Origin: Octopus vulgaris
Lineage: Eukaryota
Direction of reading: 5' to 3'
Length of the DNA: 64,000 nt
NCBI GenBank assembly: GCA_951406725.2
Contig: OX597836.1
Span: forward strand, 30,814,001-30,878,000
The number at the start of each line of letters is the position of its first letter. Position 1 is the stretch's first letter. Shown here one piece after another: positions 53,433 to 64,000 of the stretch. The notes under the pieces were generated by a model that was not told where the DNA came from, did not search any database, and worked only from the letters and a program-made list of their open reading frames with translations. The position numbers were made by a program, and so were the translations under genes.

Positions 53433-53830
53433 AGGCGCAGGAGTGGCTGTGTGGTAAGTAGCTTCCTTACCAACCATATGGTTCCGGGTTCTGTCCCACT
53501 GCATGGCACCTTGGGCAAGTGTCTTCCACTATAGCCTTGGGCCAACCAAAGCCTTGTGAGTGGATTTGGTAGATGGAAACTAATAGAAGCCCGTTGTGTA
53601 TATATATATATTTGTGTGTGTGTGTGTGTCTGTATTTGTCCCCACCACCATAGCTTGACAACTGATGTTGATGTGTTTACATCCTTACATCTTGATAGTT
53701 TGGCAAAAGCGACTGATAGAATAAGTACCAATCTTATAAAGAATAAGTCCTATGGTCAATTTATTCGACTAAAGGCGGTGCTCCAGCATGGCTGCAGTCA
53801 AATGACTGAAACAAATAAAAGAATAAAGAA
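53433..53830 (+). mobile_element. SINE family A
   Basis: Consensus match. Confidence 0.88.
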
Positions 53831-54734
53831 CAGGATTGTACTTAACAGATTCAAATTAGTGCATTTCTAAAGCAGGGTCTGTTTGATATTTAATAATCAA
53901 TTTAAAATCCTTCAAAAGATATACCTTAAATCCCTGAGTATAGTCTGCCCTTGAGTATAATACGCAGGGGATTGGCTGTACCTCTGAAAATTCCAAACCT
54001 TGTGTATAATACTCACCCCTTCTCTAATTTGAGTCAAGGAGGTCTATATAATGTCCTTGGTTTGTAAAACTGTATACGGTAACATCCGTTATTATTATTG
54101 TATATATAACATAATGCAAACGTGTAGCTTTTTTGTGCATTTTGTTTGCAGAAAATAAAGAAATAACAGTAATAACATTTAATAAATGTTGCTTACTGCA
54201 AGTTATGGATGATTCTTTTATGACTTCATTGCTTTCAGGCTTAGCTTAAGGTATTTTCGTGCCCGACATCACAAAATGCGTCTGAATAAACATTGCCGGA
54301 CAACAAACAGAGACTCGGACATTGCTTAGAAAATATTTTTCATTTTTAACCTCGTATATAGTACACACTAGGGATTTTGACCTTTAAATTTTGGGGAAAA
54401 AATGCGGATTATACTCGAGGATTTACGATACTGTATTGTGTGTATAGTATAATATTTGTTGGATGAAAATTAGATGAAGAAAAGTAAAGAACATGATTTT
54501 ATTTAACAGATTTAGGTACAAATTAATACAGTTCTAAAGCAGGCTATGTTCAATCTTTATTAATCCACTTAAAAAAATAAAGAACAAAACTATTTTTTAT
54601 CACACTGTATACAGATTAACCAACTTCAGAAAGAGGATCTGTTTCCTCAACATAGGATGTAGAATATTGCATAGTATTGCATAGTGTTTCTGGATTTCTG
54701 GAAATTCCAGACAAGAGGTTCTGTTCTGTATTAA

Positions 54735-54958
54735 TCCTTTCATTATACTGTATTTATTTTGAGGTGCTCTGTGTTTCTTTAAATTAATATTAAATATAAC
54801 AAAGAATTTAGTAAAATAACTTAGTTATCATTAAGCTAGTGTTAGGAACATAAACTGTGACTAAGGTTTGGTGGAAGATTTTAATTCAAAACTTATGAAA
54901 ACAAGACATTTGTGCTAGAGATCCAGAGGCGGTTTCAGCCAGGTTGGTATCGAAAGGG
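54735..54958. mobile_element. TTAA-flanked MITE of a different family
   Basis: TTAA|TCCTTTC...GAAAGGG|TTAA. Confidence 0.6.
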
Positions 54959-55726
54959 TTAAGGCACAACTATCGATACATTTTATTATATTATAAATAT
55001 TCTCTGTCTCTGGTCTTGAGCATTTTACTCAACCTAAACATAGCTAGGAAATGTTCGACAAGTACAGATTGTGTTTGGAGCAAAGACATAAACAATATGC
55101 TTTTTGCTGTAGGCGATCATAATATTTTCAGTTTTCCATGCTTTTCTTCTTACTCACATTTTACTATACAGGATACGACCAAGCAGGTGTTTATTTCTCT
55201 AGTGTCTCAAAAAGTGCGTTCATATCCGAAAGTACATGTACTACAGAAAGATAGGACAAAAAAGAAAAAAATTTGTGTACAAGTTTTAAAATAGGTTTAT
55301 ATTAAAACTTATTTATATAGGTGTGACCCTCTGTGTGTGTGTGTATGTATGTGTGAAATTCAGTTATGATTTTGAATAAATAAAATTTCACCACCTTTCC
55401 CATTACCACACCTCTCCTGTCTCTAAGCAAGGTAATATTTTTCCATAGCCTATTGTGTTCCCTTGGAAGACAGGAAATGCAGAACGTCACTTGTATGACA
55501 TTTATATCGATTGCAAAATGTCAAAACACAACGATATAAATACACACTCATACACCCCGCTCATATATTTACACAGAAAATGGACGTCAAATGATGATGA
55601 TAACAACTTTCTTAGTTAAGAGTGTTCAAAGTGTAATAGTTGAACTTGCTTTGCTATTTTAAAATTTTCACTTGTGTTTTTAAATTCATTTCTCTTGAAT
55701 AAATGGCTGACAAGCAGAATAATATT

Positions 55727-55927
55727 ACTCTTTACTCTTTTACTTGTTTCAGTCATGTGACTGTAGCCATGCTGGAGCACTGCCTTTTAGTCGAGGAAAT
55801 CGACCCCAGGACTTTGTAAGCCTAGTATTTATCCTATCGGTCTCTTTTGCCGAACCGCTAAGTTACGGGGACATAAACACACCAGCATCGGTTGTCAAGC
55901 GATGTTGTGGGGACAAACTCAGACACA

Positions 55928-55999
<72 letters not shown>

Positions 56000-56170
56000 C
56001 ATACATATATATGACAGGCTTCTTTTAGTTTCTGTCAACCAAATCCACTCACAAGGCTTTGGTCGGCCCGAGGCTATAGTAGAAGACACTTGCCCAAGGT
56101 GCCATGCAGTGGGACTGAAACCGGAACCATGTGGTTGGTAAGCAAGCTACTTATCACACAGCCACTCCTA
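55727..56170 (-). mobile_element. SINE family A
   Basis: Reverse-complement consensus match. Confidence 0.88.
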
Positions 56171-58079
56171 CGTCTATTGTAGATAATAACTTCAACACAA
56201 AGTCTCAAATTTATATGGAAAGAGAGGAGTCAATTGTGTCAGCCACAGTATGTAGAGGCACTTATATTATCGACCCTGGAACCATGAAGGATAAAGTAAG
56301 TCTCTTGCAGGTATTGAACTCAGAACATAAAGGAACAGTATAAAACAAAAAGCGATGCCCTTTGTCTGCTGTTCTACTGGTTCTGTTCTAGTTTTACTCG
56401 TTCAATAGTTTTAACTTTTCTAGTTCTACTAGTTCAATACTTTTAACTGTTCTCGTTCTTCTAGTCCGATGGCTTTAACTTTGGCACGAAGCCACAAATT
56501 TGTGGAGGAAGGAGAGAAAAAAGTCGATCAAAACAACCTCAGTACATGATTGATAAATATTTCAGTAACATTAAACTAGGCAAAGGCACCCCACCACCTC
56601 CTCACTCCAACTAGATTTGAATAGGAACATACATAAATTCTAGTAAGTCATTTAAGTGTAACAGTAGTACTCTACCTTTTCTGTTACTCACCAATCTACG
56701 TAACATTCATTTTTAATACCGTTGTACTGTTGTCGCCCTACTTTATTTTCCTACTGTGTCATGTTGACCGGTTGAGTTAATTTCATGTTACTTTGAGTGA
56801 ACCAGCCTGTGAATAACAGGTGAAAATATCACTGACAACAAATGTTCTGTCACTGTTTTACTGGTTTCGGTCATTGCATTGCGATCATGCTGGAGCACTG
56901 CCTTCAAGGTTTTCAGTCAATTATATTGACATCAATACTTATTTCAATCTGGTCCTTAGTTTATTGCTTTTGATTTGTCAGAAGGCTAAGATAACACTTT
57001 TTCTAAAAAACAAAAAAAAACCCCCCAAAAAATCCCCCCCCCAAAAAAAAAACAAACAAAAAACAAAAAAACACCCCTGTAAGGATATGTATGCACATGT
57101 GCATATACACACATATAATTTTCTTGAGAGTGACTTTGAAGTTTTGTGATGATGGCTTGTTCAAACAGTAAGATGAAGCTTTCGCCATCCAGTTTGAACA
57201 AGCCATTAACTGGTAAAACTTCAAAAATTACTATCAATGAAGTCAAATAAATAACCGACTCTACACATGTATTGAATCCTTTAATGGAACAATTATAATT
57301 AAAGGTGTTCTGGCTGTGTCCATCTTGTCTTTCTGAATATCAGAAACTGCATTGTGCCAATATATTTCCTTATCTCAGAAAATAGGATGTGACTTGAAGG
57401 TGATTAGGTTGTTGTTTCTAGCAGGTTGAGAAACTGTAAGTGAGTTCCCTCACTGACACACGTTCTGGAAATTGTTAAGAGCTTAGATTCGAAGCCACAT
57501 TAGTTCAGTGATGAGAAATAGGCCACAGCACATCAGGCAACTGGCGCTGAATTTTGACCAATAGTATTTCAGTTGCAGATGTATGATAAATGAAATTCTC
57601 CGTGATTTTCCTGCCAAAATATGTCCATAAATATTAGAAGAATGAGACAATCAGTGCAGAAGAGATTGAGAGAGGTTTCTAACAAGACACATGAACACAG
57701 AATTCTTGGTCAGCTGCTTGGCCTTGGGTTGAAAATTATCTCCTTATTTACAATGCTGCTTATCCAAGCATGTACACAAGACATTCTTAATTCTCACCTC
57801 TCACCACACACAAATATGTAGCTATCCAATTCTTGGCTAGATATAACATCCATACATCTCTCTCTCTACTGGTAATCAGTGATATGGCCTCTCACAAGTA
57901 ACTATTGTGATGTTTGTAATGTTCATGGTAAATGGTTTCCTCAGAAATTTCAAATGGACTTGGTGATGTAGAGATAAGCAAAACTTGTATGCAGTCATCT
58001 GAACCTGCTAGAAGTAACAACCAAATATCCTTTAGATGATACCTTGGTTTTCTTGAAAATTTAAGGATACATTGAATAA

Positions 58080-58516
58080 AGGCATAGGAGTGGCTGTGTG
58101 GTAAGTAGCTTGCTTATGAACCACATGGTTCTGGGTTCAGTTCCATTCTGTGGCACCTTAGGCAAGTGTCTTCTGCTATAGCCTTGGGCCGACCAAAGCC
58201 TTGTGAGTGGATTTGGTAGACGGAAACCCGAAAGAAGGCCGTCGTATATATATATATAAATATATATGTATATATATATATGTATATATATATATGTATG
58301 TGTGTGTATATGTTTGTTTGTCTGTGTTTGTCCCCCCAACATCGCTTGACAACCGATGCTGGTGTGTTTATGTCCCCATAACTTAGCGGTCCGGCAAAAG
58401 AGACCGATAGAATAAGTACTATTCTTATAAGCCCTAGGGGTCGATTTGCTCGACTAAAAGTGGTGCTCCAGCATAGCCAAAGTCAAATGACTGAAACAAG
58501 TAAAAGAATAAAGAGT
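58080..58516 (+). mobile_element. SINE family A inserted in an older repeat
   Basis: Consensus match. Confidence 0.88.
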
Positions 58517-60840
58517 AATGTAGCCATAAATAAGTGACAGATGAAACGCTCATGGTTGGAAAGTCTTTGTTCATAGGTCAGCTGAATCAGTACTGACCTG
58601 GTGTTAAACAATATTTCACTTTAGCCAACATGGGAGTCTCTATGCAGATGTTCCACTTGCTAGAAATATCAGCCAAAATAGCAACTTTTTTTTTTAAGAA
58701 AAAACAGACATACTAGATGATGTAACCCTAGATATACTATGTCTGGAAAATAATTGGATGGTAACAGACAGGTGCATTTGTTTGCTGGATGAGGACTGAC
58801 CTATATATATATATGTGATATATAAATATATCTCTTGGTCGCTTAATCTGCTAGAAATAACAGCCAAATCTCCCTCCAGTCATACATTTTCATCTTTAAA
58901 AAAGTAAAGGACACATTGAACAATGTAGTCCTAGATATGGGTAGCAACATGCAGCCTAGCAGTCCTTCTTCACCATGTGATCATTGGGAGAAAAATCAGT
59001 ACAGAGACAATCAGTACAGAAGCTGAGAGAAGGTTCCTGACAGAACAAATAAACACAGAATTCTTGGTCGGCTGTTTGGCCTCAGGTTGAAAGGAATCAC
59101 CTCATTTACAATGCACTTATCCAAGAATGCACACAAGCCATTCTTAATTCTCACCTCTCACCACACACAAATATGTAGCTAGCCAATTCTTAACCACACA
59201 TAACATCCACACATATCTCTCTGCTGGTAATCAGTGGTACAGCCTCCGGCAAGTAACTTTTATAATCATTGTGGTGTTCATGTATTTATAAATAGCCTAA
59301 TCAAAAATCTAATATGGACTTGGTTTTGTGTCTTTTATATATATTTTATCTTTTACTTGTGTCAGTCATTGGACTGTGGCCATGCTGGGGCACTGCCTTG
59401 AAGGGTTTAGTTTGGATCAATCAACCCCAGTACTTTTTATTTTTTTAAAGCCTTTTTGCTGAACTGCTAAGTTATAGGGATGTAAACAAACCAATACCAG
59501 TTCTCAAGCAGTGATGGGGGACAAACACTCACAGATATATACATACATAGGTATATATATCTATCTATCTATATCTATCCATCCATCCATCCATAGGTAT
59601 ATATATCTATCTATCCATCCATCCATCCATCCATCCAAATACTGTTTAACGCCAGGTCAGTACTGATCCAGCTGAGCTATGATCAAAGACTTTCCTACCA
59701 CGAGCATTTCATCTGTCTCTTAATTTTCAAGACATCAGGGTGTCCTCCAAAAGGTATTTGGTCATTATTTCTAGCTGGTTCAGAAGACTGCATACGAATT
59801 TTGCTTATCGCCATATTTTCCGGCATACAAGTGGAATTTTTTTATCAGACCAAAATTAACTGCCAAGAAAGGTAGGCCAACCAAAATTTCCATGCGAAAT
59901 GCAGCAGGATTTAGAAAGATAGTGGTGCTTAAATGTTTACACTACCTGTTTACACTATATATATTGCATCAACTTTTATGCTGGAAAATACGGAAATTCA
60001 TAAAAAAAAAAAAAAATTTAGTTCTTGTTTCTCTGAAGTCACTCTTAATCTAGCAAATCTATGATGAAAGATATTCCAGTCTTGGCCACTCAGTATTTTT
60101 ATAGCTATAAATTATTGCAGCATTAAGTGTTTTATTTTAATATTGTACTCTATTTTTATAGAATCTAGCTATAGAGTTTTAGCCAACATTATGTATAAAG
60201 ATATGTAAACACCTTGTCTCTGTTCATGAAAATGTTATATAAAAACACTAGAGTGGTTACATATACCGATGCATACGTCTTTATCATTGTTGTCATAATC
60301 GTTTAACATCCATTTTTCCATACTTGTATTAGTCAGATGATGTTTTTTAAGACTGGTATTTCTATGGCTAGAGGCCCTTTCTGTCACCAACTCTCCTCAC
60401 CTGTTTCTAAGCTAGGTAAAACTTCCACACGGCCAGACACGAAGTTATGGTAGACGACACTTGCCCAAAGTGTTGCACGATGTGATTGAAACCCCTTGGC
60501 CATGTGGTTGGGAAGCAAACTTTTTAACCACACAGCCAAACCTGCACCACCACCACCACCACCACCACCACCACTACCACCACCACCACCACCACCACCA
60601 TCATTATCATTTAACGTCTGTTTTCCATTCTGTGAAACGACATTGTAAGATTTAAATAATATTCTATGATTCTTTTCCTGGTTTCAAACCTTGGACTTTA
60701 GCTTTGCTAGGGGACTGCTTCATCGGGTTTATTGCAGATTATATCAACCCTAGTACTTGGAACCATCTGGTACCAAATTCTACCGCATGACTGTGATGAC
60801 CACATTCTTTCTTTGTAGTAGAGCAGATATGGTTATTTAA

Positions 60841-61053
60841 TTACGGAGATGTACTTGCATAGCAAGTGATTTGATCTGAGATCGTGTGCTGGAACGAAAA
60901 CAATTGCAGCGTGGAAGGTGTTTGTAAGCCATTTAAGAAACACACAAAAGCCGTTCGATTCACTTCAACATTTAAGTTTAATTTGTCAAAATATTTTCGT
61001 TGCTTTAAGACTGTGACCTGTTCACTGACAAAAATCCGTGCTGCATCCGTGCT
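60841..61053 (-). mobile_element. Second copy of the Penelope-like repeat
   Basis: Colinear with 20939-21069 and reverse of 21071-21214. Confidence 0.65.
60982..61032 (-). ncRNA. Minimalist type I hammerhead-ribozyme-like motif (G3-C8 variant)
   Basis: UUUGUCA GUGAACA G GUCAC-n9-GCAAC GAAA AUAU UU UGACAAA; activity unknown. Confidence 0.55.
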
Positions 61054-61271
61054 GGTTATTTAATTGGTCCATCATTTGCACATTCTTTTTACAGCATTGT
61101 GCATCCAATTCTGAGAGAGAGAGAGAGAGAAATTGGGTCCCAGTACTTGAGCGGTACTTTATTTCATAAAGCTTGAAAGGATGAAAAACAAATGTTAAAG
61201 CCAGTGGGATTTGCCCTGCAGCGAGGAGGTAAAGAGGAGGAACAAGCAGTGCAAGGAATTTGGTACTTTAA

Positions 61272-61491
61272 CCATTAGCATTTAAACTGGCCACATCCGG
61301 CCCAAATATTCTACTTGTTTTACGTTCAAACTGGTCAGATCCAGCCTTTGACACTTGCCCTACAGTGTCATTCTAAAACTAAACAAACAATCACTTCGAA
61401 ATCTTGAAGCTACAAGATAAAGCACGATTAATTCAAAACAATGTGAATAAATAAGCAATACATTTGACTGAGTAATCAGAAGGATAAAGGG
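61272..61491. mobile_element. TTAA-flanked MITE, third copy
   Basis: Same internal sequence, TTAA on both sides. Confidence 0.82.
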
Positions 61492-62660
61492 TTAATAATT
61501 CTGGCATCCACTATCCTATGTTGCTTTTACAAAGAAAAAAAAAAGGAAAAAAGAAAAACAAGAGAAAAAAGCTATGAATCTAGATTGAAATGTAATTGTA
61601 AAGTCAACATGAGATGCAGTATTGTAATTTAAAAAAAAAATAACATAGAAGTGATGAGATACTGTTTTGATGAAAACAGTAATTTATCTGTATAAGCAGA
61701 CTTTTATTCAAGACTAAGGGTTTTTTTGTTATCATTAACATGAACTATTTAACATAACATCCACTTGTGTTAAAAAGGATTTGGTTAGGTTATTCAGCTA
61801 AAGACAGACACATATATGAAGCACACACATTCACACAAACATGTACACATATGAAAAAAAGGCTACTATATTTCCTTACACATGCAAAAAGAAAAAAAAA
61901 ATTAGGAAATAGCAAGGCTAAAGCCCTAGAAAAGGGGCAAAAATCAATAGTATATTATGAGTCATTTCCCTGCCCAGAATATACATTAGAATTCAGTGTT
62001 GCTGGCTTGAATAAAACCTCTCATTGTTTAGAATATACGTAATAATTTTGTTTTCCAATTGTAGGAAATAGAAGTGAAATTCTATGTGAAAAGTCATCAA
62101 TAATATATTCAAGATGGAGTAGATTACAGGAAATATGTCTAATTTGATGTATATAATGTTTAGTTTTTATCTTCCTACTCTGTATTACATTACAGCTAAG
62201 GCAGAGATAAGTCATTGGAATAATCTATTTTATTGTAACTATTGGCTAGTTATAATTATTGTGATTTACTTTATGTTGTTACTATACTGAAGATATGTCA
62301 AGCTGTGTGATTTCGCAGACATGGTTCTGTGATAAAAAGTTTGCTCCCCAAACCATATGTGTTTTGGGTTCAGTCCCACTGCATGGCATCTTGGGCAAGT
62401 GTTTTCAATTATAGCTGTGAGCCAGCTAAGCATCACTGTCATACAAGGGATGCTGTTCGTTTCTAGTCTTCTGTGTAAAACATGTTAGGCCATGGGAAAA
62501 TTTTACCTTAATTGGAAACAAGTAAAGGTTTGGCAACAGGGAAGGCATCCAGCTGTAGAAAATCTGCCTCAACAAACACCATTTAACTTGTGTAAGCATG
62601 GGAAAATAGACATTATAGCTAAGGCAAAGATAAGTTATTGAAATAATCTACTTTACTGTA

Positions 62661-62878
62661 TGACGGGGTGCTGAAAAATTCCTGGCTTTAAGGGCATCAC
62701 TAAAGGTCTGATTGGAGGTTCAATCTTCAGAGTTTTTTTTACAGGGCTTAGAAAAACTGAAGGACCGCTGCAATAAGTGTGTGAATCTGAGAGGTGAATA
62801 CGTTGAATAAAATCATAATTAACTGATCCTCTTGTATTTTCTTTTACCCAAAGCCAGGAACTTTTCAGCAACCCCTTA
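62661..62878 (+). mobile_element. Mariner-derived MITE
   Basis: TIRs GGGGTGCTGAAAAATTCCTGGCTTT / AAAGCCAGGAACTTTTCAGCAACCCC; TA TSD; C-terminal remnant GLEKLKDRCNKCVNLRGEYVE*. Confidence 0.88.
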
Positions 62879-63016
62879 TAACTATTGGCTAGTTATAATT
62901 ATTTCATGTTACTTGGCATTATTATAGTGAAGACATGTCAAGCTGTGTAATTTCCATTTAACCTGTACAAGCTTGGGAAAGTGGACATTAAGTGATGATG
63001 AAGACGATGATGATAA

Positions 63017-63403
63017 TATTTAGAAGCACTCCGTCGGTTACGACGACGAGGGTTCCGGTTGATCCGAATCAACGGAACAGCCTGCTCGTGAAATTAACGT
63101 GTAAGTGGCTGAGCACTCCACAGACACATGTACCCTTAACGTAGTTCTCGGGGATATTCAGCGTGACACGGAGAGTGACAAGGCTGGCCCTTTGAAATAC
63201 AGGTACAACAGAAACAGGAAGTAAGAGTGAGAGAAAGTTGTGGTGAAAGAGTACAGCAGGGATCACCACCATCCCCTGCCGGAGCCTCGTGGAGCTTTAG
63301 GTGTTTTCGCTCAATAAACACTCATAACGCCCGGTCTGGGAATCGAAACCGCGATCCTATGACCGCGAGTCCGCTGCCCTAACCACTGGGCCATTGCACC
63401 TCC
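63017..63403 (-). mobile_element. SINE family D with 13 bp TSD
   Basis: Close match to the 25242 copy; TSD ACGATGATGATAA at 63004-63016 and 63404-63416. Confidence 0.9.
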
Positions 63404-64000
63404 ACGATGATGATAACAGTTTGTTATAAAAGATTGTAGTTTAACTGTTTCGACACCAACTTCCCTGAGACTGACTCTAGTTCTCTGATTCAAAACCTCT
63501 GATACAAATGTTTTCATATTTAAATCAGAACTGTTCATCATGATTTCATGTGAAAAACCTTTTGTTGTGCTCAATGCAGCAGCTTACCAATAAAAAATTT
63601 ATTTCACTAAATTATTGATTATTTTTCAAAATTAATTGAAACACATGGACAGTGTATTTCATTACAAATACAATAATGAATGTGTTAATTATGTCTAGCT
63701 TTGGTTTCAGATAGTTCTGTATTGTGCTGAAGATATATTATGTTGCAGTTAATACAAAATTGTGGCTGACTAACATTTCATGTAATTCTATATTGCATCT
63801 AAAATGCATCAGGTTGCAGTAAAACTGTATTCTTAAAGAATTATGGTTTTCTGTAGTTCTATTGGGTGCAGCATATTCTTTTATTCTTTTACTTGTTTCA
63901 GTAATTTGACTGTGGCCATGCTGGAGCACCGCCTTGAAGGGTTTTAGTCAAACAAATTGATGCCAGGACTTATTATTTTTTTTTAAAGCCTAGTACTTAT

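Noticed and set aside
57503-57552. GTGATGA...CTGA suggesting a C/D snoRNA
   Set aside because: Only about 45 nt, with no recognisable C'/D' boxes or guide
60545-60610. Poly-His ORF
   Set aside because: (CAC)n/(CAT)n microsatellite between SINE fragments, no splice support

Overview
AT-rich, repeat-dense animal genomic DNA, most likely an octopus or other coleoid cephalopod (inferred from the SINE families and TA/CA/TCTA microsatellite load, not proven). Two divergent spliced genes are present. The first is a complete 10-exon MTG1 (mitochondrial ribosome-associated GTPase 1) on the minus strand (26726->2058, 990 nt CDS, 329 aa); its intron 2 has U12 (minor spliceosome) signals. The second is the first coding exon of a TBC1D2/TBC1D2B-like PH-domain gene on the plus strand (33324-33685), followed by an intron of more than 30 kb with no further exon recognised. 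The rest is at least four SINE-like families, mariner/Tc1 relics and MITEs, TTAA MITEs, a Helitron, an RTE LINE tail and Penelope-like fragments. Almost all ORFs in the supplied track are microsatellite or SINE artefacts. Most notable: minimalist hammerhead-ribozyme-like motifs in Penelope-like repeats, one family with a swapped G3-C8 core pair; a mirror-image upstream architecture shared by the two genes; and an isolated ~114 nt intronic hairpin. All calls were made by eye, and repeat boundaries are approximate.
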